Positions 31,811 through 40,336 of a stretch of DNA of 64,000 nt are shown here, one piece after another. This DNA is from an archaeon BMS3Abin17 (GTDB taxonomy: Archaea; Nanobdellota; Nanobdellia; Pacearchaeales; GW2011-AR1). The position numbers and the translations under genes are program-made. The DNA lies in the NCBI GenBank assembly GCA_002897655.1, contig BDTJ01000038.1, forward strand, positions 1,957 through 65,956. Reading direction: 5' to 3'. Positions within the stretch are counted from its first letter, which is position 1, and every line of letters starts with the position of its first letter. The notes under the pieces are model-generated. The model made no database searches. It saw only the letters and a list, made by a program, of their open reading frames with translations, and had not been told where the DNA came from.

Positions 31811-31919
31811 GATTCTGGAGAAAACCACACACTTTAGTGTGTGGATGAATCCTTGGACATCCTAAAGTCCAAACAAACCGCACCTTAAAAGGTGCGGTAA
31901 AACACAAGGACTTTTTGAT
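31811..31919. repeat. Inverted repeat arm 2 (~110 bp)
   Basis: Reverse complement of 30383-30496. Confidence 0.8.
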
Positions 31920-32139
31920 TAAATTACCTAATGGAATAAAAGCTACATACACTCCTGATTTCTTAGTCGATAATAAAGAATGGCATGAAGTTAAGGGATG
32001 GAAGGGTCGCTCTAAGATAAGAAAGTGGGAATTATTCCAAAAACAATATCCAACCCAAAAATTAGTTCTTATTGATAAGAATAATTATAAAAAGATAGAA
32101 AGGTTATATAAATTTATAATCCCAAATTGGGAATTTTAG
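31915..32139 (+). CDS. Small protein with a PD-(D/E)xK-like motif
   Basis: YTPDFLVDNKEWHEVKG fits the PD...(D/E)xK pattern; 74 aa; it starts at the end of inverted repeat arm 2. Confidence 0.3.
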   Translation: MIKLPNGIKATYTPDFLVDNKEWHEVKGWKGRSKIRKWELFQKQYPTQKLVLIDKNNYKKIERLYKFIIPNWEF

Positions 32140-32380
32140 AGTTTTAAAATGAGTAGAATATCAAAAGAGAAACGAGAGAAAATTATGGCTGATATCTTGG
32201 CCACAATATACCAACACACTCCTAAACCCCTTTTTACAGTTAATATAGCTAGGTTCCTTGCAAGAGACGAGGAGTTTGTCAAAGGGCTCTTATTAGAGTT
32301 AAAAAACAAGAAATTAGTTGTAGAAGTAAAGAAAAACCCAAAAGGAGTAGAGTACCTTAGAAGATCTAGATGGAGACTCA

Positions 32381-33193
32381 GTGATTCAGCATATCAATCC
32401 TATAAGCAACACCAACCAACTCAAATATAATATATTCCACCCACTTAAAGTTTTTATACTTCTTAGTTTTGATTTTTTGATGGATGTAGTAAAAGAGGCA
32501 TTTCAAAAAGTAAAACAAGATATGGGGTTGATGAAACAAGAGATAGATTTCTTAAAAAAAACTCTTGAGGAAACAAGAAACCAGATGATTGAAATCTGTG
32601 AAATTTTAAAGAAAATAAACGAAAAAGACCCTGAAAAGACCTCTAAACCGGCTTCGACACACCCTTTTCCAACCCCGACACTTTCGACACATCCTTCGAC
32701 ACATAACATGTCTTTTAAGCCCTTAAAACACCAAAATATAGGGATTTCCACAGGAAACCAAGGGGTTCCAACAGACAGACAGACAAACCAACAGACAGAC
32801 AGACAGACACAAAATCAGCTAAAAATTAGTGAAAAAATCACTGAAGATTTCTCTCAAGATTCTATTGAAAACGCAGCAGAAATTCTCGAATCTCTTGACA
32901 CCCTCAAGAAAGAAATCAGGTTGAAATTTAAAAGACTTACAGAGCAGGAGATGTTGATTTTTTCAACATTATATCAGCTAGACGAGGAGCATGGACACAC
33001 AGATTATAAGACCCTTTCAAATAAGCTTAATCTTACTGAAAGCTCTATACGCGATTATATAGGGAGATTAATAAAAAAAGGAATTCCCGTCGACAAAGTT
33101 AAAATAAACAATAAAAACATTGAATTAAGAATATCCAGGAATCTTAAGAAAATAGCCTCACTTCACACAATCCTTCAATTAAGGGGGCTTTAG
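32381..33193 (+). CDS. Coiled-coil plus C-terminal winged-HTH protein with a QTDRQT low-complexity repeat
   Basis: (ACAG)n microsatellite at 32770-32815 encoding QTDRQTNQQTDRQTQ. The C-terminal region LIFSTLYQLDEEHGHTDYKTLSNKLNLTESSIRDYIGRLIKKGIP is wHTH-like. Confidence 0.4.
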   Translation: MIQHINPISNTNQLKYNIFHPLKVFILLSFDFLMDVVKEAFQKVKQDMGLMKQEIDFLKKTLEETRNQMIEICEILKKINEKDPEKTSKPASTHPFPTPTLSTHPSTHNMSFKPLKHQNIGISTGNQGVPTDRQTNQQTDRQTQNQLKISEKITEDFSQDSIENAAEILESLDTLKKEIRLKFKRLTEQEMLIFSTLYQLDEEHGHTDYKTLSNKLNLTESSIRDYIGRLIKKGIPVDKVKINNKNIELRISRNLKKIASLHTILQLRGL

Positions 33194-33384
33194 ATAGTTA
33201 TACCCTTCACCGAATAAACCTTATTTTAACTCTAACTTTCTGGGTTTAAAGGTCTTTTTTAGGTTTAAAGCCCCTAATCCCTTTAAATTTGCCTATTTCA
33301 ACATCTTTTTGGCTTTTAACAACTCTCACTTTTTGGGTTTTGAGCCTTGTTTTTAGGCAGATTTACACTCACTTTTGACCTTTT

Positions 33385-33996
33385 TTACCTATTTTTGACC
33401 TTTTTGGCCTTATTTACACTCACTTTTGCCTTCTTTAAGAGCCTGTCTTTAATATGGTCTGGTATATAGACCCTCTTTTTGCCATTCCTCTCAATCGACT
33501 CTTCTATCAATCCCTCACTTTTTTGTTTTATTGAATTTACCTGTCCCCTGATTGTTGATCTTTCTTTTCCAAGCATTGCCGCAAGATCATCATAGCTTAG
33601 CTTCATATCTGTATTCAAAAGTATCCAAAGGATTGCTCTTTCAGTGATTGAAAATTGGTCAAAATTTGGTGTTTGGACAGCTGTTTGGACAGCTGTTTGG
33701 ACAGCATAAACACCTGTTTGTTTCTTAAACACCTGTTTGGGTGTTTTAAACACCCTGTTTGTTTTCATCTCCCCAAGCATAGAGATGACATTTTTCAATC
33801 CTTCAACTTCATTATTTATCGACGATAAAATGCTTTTTACCTCTTCTATGTCCTTTTGTTGAAGGTTTCGCTCAGAATCTAAGTGTTTGATCCAACCACT
33901 AACAGAAAGTATGTCTTTTTTGACAGATTCAAAACCACTTTTTGTGTCCTCTTTTAACTGTTCAACCTCTTTTTTTCTCTTAAAAATCCAAAACAT
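33385..33996 (-). CDS. Paralogous coiled-coil plus wHTH protein with an AVQT repeat
   Basis: 12-bp tandem repeat at 33671-33706 encoding AVQTAVQTAVQT. The C-terminal region ILWILLNTDMKLSYDDLAAMLGKERSTIRGQVNSIKQK is wHTH-like. Confidence 0.4.
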   Translation of the reverse strand: MFWIFKRKKEVEQLKEDTKSGFESVKKDILSVSGWIKHLDSERNLQQKDIEEVKSILSSINNEVEGLKNVISMLGEMKTNRVFKTPKQVFKKQTGVYAVQTAVQTAVQTPNFDQFSITERAILWILLNTDMKLSYDDLAAMLGKERSTIRGQVNSIKQKSEGLIEESIERNGKKRVYIPDHIKDRLLKKAKVSVNKAKKVKNR

Positions 33997-34347
33997 ATAA
34001 TTATTTCGTAAAGGATATTTAAAAATGTTTTGTTTTCCCTCGCCAAATAATCTAATTTATTAAATTAATAATCTCAAAAAAATCCTAAAAAATGTGTCGA
34101 AGAACCTCCTTTCCTGTGGAAAAAGAGGGTGTTTGTCTTAAAAAAATAGGAAAACAGGCTGTTTAAACACCTTTAAACACCTAAACCTCTTTTAAACACC
34201 TTAAACACGGTTTAAATACTCAACAAACTAAGCTAACCTAAGTGCACAACATCCCCCAAAACTAAATAATTATTGAAATATTTACTGAAAAATTTAAAAA
34301 CACTAAATCTTTCTACATACATTAAAAGAAGGTTATGATAAATTATA

Positions 34348-34623
34348 ATGAAGGCTAAACTTATGCGTTTTTTAGGCATTGAAAGCAGGTTTAAGAGAGA
34401 GTTTCGACGGCAAGCGCGCTCATTCATCATTGTTTTCTTAGGGTTTACAATAGCATTTACTTGGCGTCAGACAATTTTTGACATCTCTTCTGCATTTATG
34501 GGAATTATAACTAACATAAAAGACTCTTCAACACTTAGTCTTTTAGCCTCGATATTCATAACTATGGTAAGCATTTTTTTTATATACTTAACTGCACGTC
34601 TTTTAAAGGAAGACCACTATTAA
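34348..34623 (+). CDS. Small membrane protein
   Basis: 91 aa with two TM helices. Confidence 0.35.
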   Translation: MKAKLMRFLGIESRFKREFRRQARSFIIVFLGFTIAFTWRQTIFDISSAFMGIITNIKDSSTLSLLASIFITMVSIFFIYLTARLLKEDHY

Positions 34624-34644
34624 TTAAGATAAGCTAAGTTCACA

Positions 34645-34988
34645 ATGGTAATAAAAAAATTAAGAATATATCTCAGAAAGGAAGAGAAAAAACACTGCAT
34701 CATACTAGAAGGTCCCTAACTTATGCAAGGTCTTCTGCAGCAAGGTTCAAAAATGAGTTTCGGAAGCATTTAGTTACTGTAATTGCAGCTGCTTTAGGGT
34801 TTCTTATTGCTTTAAGTTAGAGAGAACCACTCTCAGACCTTACAAATTTAATAATTGAAAGAGTTGGATTGCAAGGAGAAGCATTAATCTACAAGTTTAT
34901 AGCTGCAATAATTGTAACAATCCTCCTGGTCTTTGGATTAATCATCTTAACGAGCTGGGAAGTCAAGAAAGAAGATCCAAAGAAGTAA
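34645..34988 (+). pseudogene. Degraded tandem paralogue of the 34348 gene (frameshift plus TGG->TAG nonsense)
   Basis: My own translation gives ...SRFKNEFRKHLVTVIAAALGFLIALS*REPLSDLTNLI..., parallel to SRFKREFRRQARSFIIVFLGFTIAFTWRQTIFDISSAF in the upstream gene. The stop falls at the Trp position. Confidence 0.4.
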
Positions 34989-35300
34989 TTCCTCCAACAA
35001 AATCTTTAAATACACACTACCTAATAAAATATATGGGCTATAAATTCTGTAGATGGCAATTTGCTCTATTAAAAGACGAATCTTCTCTTATTTGCCATGG
35101 AAAATATGAGGGGTTTCTTAGTAAAGTAAATTGTTTATATTCTGAGGAGGAAATTAAAAAAGCTATTGAAGCTAATAAACAAGGAAAAACCCTTGAAGGA
35201 TTTTGTGACGAAGTTTTCTTCATAAAAGATAAACTAACTTAACCAAAGTTCACAATATAAGGACAATAATCCTTAAAAACAATAAATTTCTTAATCAAAC

Positions 35301-35621
35301 ATGCTAGAAAAGTTCTGTAAACAACAAGGCCATATCGCAATAGAAGAAGGTAAAGGAAATATTTCTTATTGTGAGGATCAAAAAGGAGCAAGATTTATTT
35401 GCAACCCTTATACAACTGGTGAAAGAATTACCTTGTGCCCTTATGACGCATCTCAGATTTGTAAGGATAGGAAGGAGAATTTAACTGTTGTGGATAAAAA
35501 AGGTGAGTGTATTGTATTTGTACCAACTGAAGATATTACCTCTTCACTAACTTCACCTTTGTACACAAAAGATGGTACTGCAGATGATATACATGAAGTA
35601 GGAGGCGATTATAATAATTAA
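35301..35621 (+). CDS. Small Cys-containing protein
   Basis: 106 aa; coupled to the next ORF (TAAAATG junction). Confidence 0.3.
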   Translation: MLEKFCKQQGHIAIEEGKGNISYCEDQKGARFICNPYTTGERITLCPYDASQICKDRKENLTVVDKKGECIVFVPTEDITSSLTSPLYTKDGTADDIHEVGGDYNN

Positions 35622-35622
35622 A

Positions 35623-35940
35623 ATGACAGAAGATTTAGGTGATAAAATTGGTTTTTATTCCTTAGCAGGAAATCTATGGGAAATTAGGAAGGAAGGAGGT
35701 AAACTTGTAACCCATAACGAATATGGTCGTGGTAGATTAAATGCTTCTGTAATCTATTCAAATGCTATCAAACTGAATAAATCAGAGTTAGAACTTAGAA
35801 AAGCATCATTACAGAAAAAAATATCTTTTATAGATGGAACTCTTTTTTCAGATCCTGCACAAACCTCAGCTAAGTGCACAAGTGGTTATGATGCAGACCA
35901 CACAGATCATGAACACCCAACAGATTTAGATCATCTATAA
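35623..35940 (+). CDS. Small hypothetical protein
   Basis: 105 aa. Confidence 0.3.
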   Translation: MTEDLGDKIGFYSLAGNLWEIRKEGGKLVTHNEYGRGRLNASVIYSNAIKLNKSELELRKASLQKKISFIDGTLFSDPAQTSAKCTSGYDADHTDHEHPTDLDHL

Positions 35941-36036
35941 AAATCCCTTTAAGAAGGGATAAAGTTCGCACAAGGCTTATTGTCGGTAATTCGTATTTTT
36001 ATAATATACGAACGTTATTATTAAGAAGTTAGAACA

Positions 36037-36543
36037 TTGTTATTTATATACAAACCTTTTTTTGTGCATATGAGGCCAATTAGGATTTGTAAAGAATGTG
36101 GTAAAGAGAAAGAACATCATGCAAAAGGCCTATGTTATTATTGTTATAAAAAATTTTTTTGGAAACCAGAGAAAAAAGAATGTAAAAGATGTGGAAGGAT
36201 TATAGCAATACATGCAAAAGGCCTTTGCCCTGGCTGTTATCAATTCATTTTCCATATAGAGAAAAATAAGGCTTGGAATAAGAAAAATCTCTATAATCTA
36301 AATTACGAGGTTTATAACAAGATAACAGAAAAATGCATAATCTGTGATTTTAATAAATTAGTAGATTTACACCATCTTGATGAAAACAGGCAAAATAATT
36401 CAGAAGAGAATTTAATTGGGCTATGTCCAAATCACCATCAAATGCTACATAATTTTAAATTCAGGAAAGAAATACGTAAATTATTGAAAGATAAAGGAAT
36501 AATTTTACCAGAAGATAAAAAACTTGATTTTACTTTAGAGTAA
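36037..36543 (+). CDS. HNH endonuclease with N-terminal tandem Zn ribbons
   Basis: Repeated C-x2-C...HAKGLC-x2-C ribbons. HNH core CIICDFNKLVDLHHLDENR...NLIGLCPNHHQMLH. Confidence 0.6.
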   Translation: MLFIYKPFFVHMRPIRICKECGKEKEHHAKGLCYYCYKKFFWKPEKKECKRCGRIIAIHAKGLCPGCYQFIFHIEKNKAWNKKNLYNLNYEVYNKITEKCIICDFNKLVDLHHLDENRQNNSEENLIGLCPNHHQMLHNFKFRKEIRKLLKDKGIILPEDKKLDFTLE

Positions 36544-37614
36544 ATGAGCTATTTTAAGCCATTATGAGACGCTCTTTACAAATAAAACATATTAGAGTCT
36601 TCCATCACCAAAACCACAATCACTCAAACATAATGGAGAATCCAATGCCTTCATTTCTTGTCCAACAAGTTTTTTTGTGAGTTGTGAAAAGACCCTCTCA
36701 AAGCCTATTTCAAGCTGAGCTATTACTTTAGGGGTTGCAACATAAATAACATCAGATTTTTCCATCTTAGAAAGATGACTAAGAATTTCCTGATAAGAAG
36801 AAAAACGTATAATTGGTTTGGTCCATTCTGTTACAAGAGAATCAGTTTCATCAGCCTTATTCGGAAATTGAACTCCAAACAATCCCTTTTTAGGAGAGTA
36901 TGTAAGTTTCCGCATTTTATTTGCACCAAAGGGACTTGGAACAGGGCCACTCCCCTTAAGTTCTAATATATTTTCAAAAAGAGAATATGGTGTGTTTGAA
37001 TCTTCCGGCATATTTATTTTGTAATTATTTAGGTTAATAAAGATTATTATTCTAGAATTTATTAATAATATCCTTCTCCCCCTTTATATTAGCCTTAATT
37101 CTTGAAAAAAGGGTTCTTTTCTTAAATAATCCTGGGTGATTACAAATCGTCCTAAGAGAAGCATAATCTTTCCCATCTTTATCACAAGCTCTATTTTCAT
37201 AATTAACACACTTTATAGTGCAACTTGGAAGAGCATAAGTTCCAGGAGGAATAAATCTTGCTAACAAACCATCAACAGATAAAAACATAACCACAATCTA
37301 CAAAGAAAGCATCGTTAATAAATATTATTATAATCTACCAAGGCATAAAACCATTAAAGAAGGGGCTAAGAACACCTTCTTCTAAATTTTTCAACAAAAC
37401 TTCTGGATGCCAACAAGGCCCGCCCTCTCTTACAGGCTCCCCATAATATTTGAACTCTTTGTGCCAGCATTTATCTTCCCCAAAACCTTCAACAGGGCAT
37501 TCTCCTCCAATGCAAAATGCTCCTTCAGAAGATTTTCTTAAATCACTATAATTTAAATCCATGATTTACAAAACATCTAGAATTAATAAATATTTCTTTT
37601 CAAAACTATCTACT

Positions 37615-37842
37615 TTATTTTTTCTTTTTCTTCTTTTTTCTGCCACGTTTTTCTCTTGAAAACATAGCAACAAGCTTATCATCAGGCTTTAATCCACGAT
37701 AACTTGTGCCTGATTTTGTTCTGACAGCACTTTTCCTTAAAATATCTTCAATTTGTTCTCTTAATGTAAGAAGATTTTTCTTTGCTCTTTTCTTTAAAAT
37801 CTTAGAAACATCATCGTCGATATTAATTGTTATTTTTGGCAT
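37615..37842 (-). CDS. Ribbon-helix-helix (CopG/Arc-like) small DNA-binding protein with a poly-Lys tail
   Basis: MPKITINIDDDVSKILKKRAKKNLLTLREQIEDILRK is an RHH-like pattern. Confidence 0.4.
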   Translation of the reverse strand: MPKITINIDDDVSKILKKRAKKNLLTLREQIEDILRKSAVRTKSGTSYRGLKPDDKLVAMFSREKRGRKKKKKKK

Positions 37843-37843
37843 T

Positions 37844-38119
37844 TCATTTCCTCTTCACATAAGTTTTCTGAACTTTAAATGATTTGTAAATACCCTCGAG
37901 GAGATCTGTGCCTGCATAACCCGCAAGTAGACTTAATCTTGGATCAAAATCAAAAATTATACCGACGAAAACACCAATAATCAATGCAACAGCGACGGTA
38001 ATCGCATAATAGCCCCATAAAATTCTTCTCCTGAGAGACAATGCCTTTAAAAGCCCGACGACACCACGAGTCAGCCCGCCAATTCCACCAAGCAATCCTG
38101 CAAGATAAATAGATTCCAT
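37844..38119 (-). CDS. Small membrane protein
   Basis: Two or three TM helices; coupled to the RHH gene. Confidence 0.3.
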   Translation of the reverse strand: MESIYLAGLLGGIGGLTRGVVGLLKALSLRRRILWGYYAITVAVALIIGVFVGIIFDFDPRLSLLAGYAGTDLLEGIYKSFKVQKTYVKRK

Positions 38120-38825
38120 TTAATTACAACCTCTTCCACCCATTTACATTCAATGGGAAGAAGTTATTTAAGAGTTTCGGGAAGAGAGAAATGTATATAT
38201 CTTAGAGTGTAATAATGTTTAAATATAATTAGAATTTATCAAGGAATATGGTTGAGAAAGTATGTGCTTATAATTATATTATTCTTGTTGCTGAGGATGG
38301 GACTTTGACTCGTAAAGGAAAAGGAAGGACTTTAGAGCACAAAACTTATCTCCTAGGTTGTAAAAAAGAAGAGAAAGTTACCCAATGTATATCTCCCAAC
38401 TCGCCAAAATTAGCAGAAAATTGTGAAAAATTAGCAGATAAAAGAAATTGGGGGAAAAACCAAGAAGAAGAGGTTCTTGATAAAGAAATAACTTATTCAA
38501 ACCCTTTAACAATTTTTTGTGGTAGACAAGAATTATTAAGAATTGAAACAGCGAAGAGGGGTGAAGTAAAAAGAGTTCCTTATTATATTGATGAAGGAGA
38601 ATTACCTGGAGGATATGTATCATGTAAAGGGAGGCAGAGATCACCACATCCCCAAGACAAATGCGGTTTTAGAATAGAAGATATTGGCCGTTCTTCAGAA
38701 GATAAACGAAGAATCATTGCAAGAATCCCTGGAGCAGTTTGTTATGATGTAAGTTTGATATCTTAACTAAAAAGAAACTGCAGAGGTTCCTCTTCAATTA
38801 CATATAACTTTTTTTGCATGAACTT

Positions 38826-39605
38826 TTATTTCCTTGCTTCAAGAATTAAAATATATGGATTCTGAACATATTTTTTCCAATTATATTTGGGATATTTCTT
38901 TATCCCTTCTTTTAAGATATTTAAAGACATCCATTTTATATTTTTAAAACCAGCTTCCTTAAGGCAAGATTCATAAGTACTTTTTGACCAGTGATATGTT
39001 TTAAAAGAGCATATTTCTTTTAGATTGTCATATAATTTGACTGTGAGCTCATCACCTTCTTTAAGAAATTTTGGGCCTTCTACTTTTGCACCAAACTCCT
39101 TAAAGTCCTGAAGGGGGTTTGTTGGACTTTGATTTAATGTAATAAATCTTCCCCCTTTTTTTAAGTTTATATAAATGTTTTTACACATCTGAATAAGTTC
39201 TTCTTTTGTTTTTGCGTAATGCAATAAGAAAGCTGCAATAACCATATCAAACTCTTTTATCTTTCCCAATTTAATAACATCTCCAACCAGATATTTAACA
39301 TCTAACGATTCTTGAAGAGTTTTTTCTTTAGCAAGTTTAATCATTTCTTTAGAAATGTCCACTCCCACAACTTCCTTAGCCCCCTCTTTTTTAAATTTCC
39401 TAGAAAAATTTCCATCTCCACAGGCCAGATCAAGCATTGTTCTCCCTTTAACCTTCCCAACTTTCTTGATAAAACTTGGGTTAATAATATAAATTCTTTC
39501 TAAACGACTCTCTTCTGATTCAGTATATCCTTCAGCGATTTCATCATATTCGGCCATAAACCTAATATAGTTTGTTATTCTTAAAAATCTTCTTACTTCA
39601 TACAA
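38826..39605 (-). CDS. Class I SAM-dependent methyltransferase
   Basis: Motif I LDLACGDGNFSRKF; 259 aa. Confidence 0.7.
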   Translation of the reverse strand: MYEVRRFLRITNYIRFMAEYDEIAEGYTESEESRLERIYIINPSFIKKVGKVKGRTMLDLACGDGNFSRKFKKEGAKEVVGVDISKEMIKLAKEKTLQESLDVKYLVGDVIKLGKIKEFDMVIAAFLLHYAKTKEELIQMCKNIYINLKKGGRFITLNQSPTNPLQDFKEFGAKVEGPKFLKEGDELTVKLYDNLKEICSFKTYHWSKSTYESCLKEAGFKNIKWMSLNILKEGIKKYPKYNWKKYVQNPYILILEARK

Positions 39606-39670
39606 TCCTTAAGAGAGCTTCCTAAAAAGAAAAAATAACCTACTAGATTATCGAGGAGAAAATTAATTAA

Positions 39671-39958
39671 TTAAACTTTATAGACTTCATCGTGGTGTTT
39701 GTATTTTTCAATTATAATTGTCTTGGTTTTTTCATTTATAGAATAAATTAGCACATAGTGTCCAATATGAACTCTCCAGAAATTTTGAAGCGGTTTTTTC
39801 AGGGGCTTAAAATGATAAGGGGTTTCTCTTATTTCCTTTATTTTTTTGGAGATATATACTGAACTTATTTTGTCTTTTTTAGCAAGTTTTTTTAGAACTT
39901 TCTCAACATCTTTTCTTATTTCAATATTATACATTTTAACAGGATTAATCCAACCCAA
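39671..39958 (-). CDS. RelE/ParE-family toxin
   Basis: FWRVHIGHYVLIYSINEKTKTIIIEKYKHH is a RelE-like C-terminal pattern. Confidence 0.55.
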   Translation of the reverse strand: MGWINPVKMYNIEIRKDVEKVLKKLAKKDKISSVYISKKIKEIRETPYHFKPLKKPLQNFWRVHIGHYVLIYSINEKTKTIIIEKYKHHDEVYKV

Positions 39959-40178
39959 AATGTTTATCCCAATCTTTAATCTTTACAGTTTCTTCTTTTT
40001 GAGCTTCTAATAATTCTTTAACAAATTCAGGCCTCAATTCAGGTTCTAAGAGCTCTTTTCCATAAGTGTTTAGAATAAGATTAATCGCGTCACTTTTATC
40101 ATTTAAATTTTCCTTAGCTTTCACTATGTTTAAAATTCTGTTTGCCTGATCATCAATATTCACTATTGCCTTTACCAT
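39945..40178 (-). CDS. Cognate antitoxin
   Basis: 77-aa ORF overlapping the toxin start. Confidence 0.45.
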   Translation of the reverse strand: MVKAIVNIDDQANRILNIVKAKENLNDKSDAINLILNTYGKELLEPELRPEFVKELLEAQKEETVKIKDWDKHFGLD

Positions 40179-40336
40179 TTTTATATATTAACACCACATT
40201 AATGCCATATTAATATAACTATATAAATCTTCCCAAAACTCCCGACAATCCTTCTTGTGCGAACTTAAAGATGTTATTGGGGGGTGGTTTGAGAAGGTCA
40301 GGAAAAAACTTTAAATGCCAATATATTTGCGAATAA

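Noticed and set aside
30383-31919. Possibility that the GC-rich hairpin repeats are tRNA genes or a CRISPR array
   Set aside because: There is no cloverleaf (no acceptor/T-arm pattern). There are only two copies, in inverted orientation, with no spacer periodicity.
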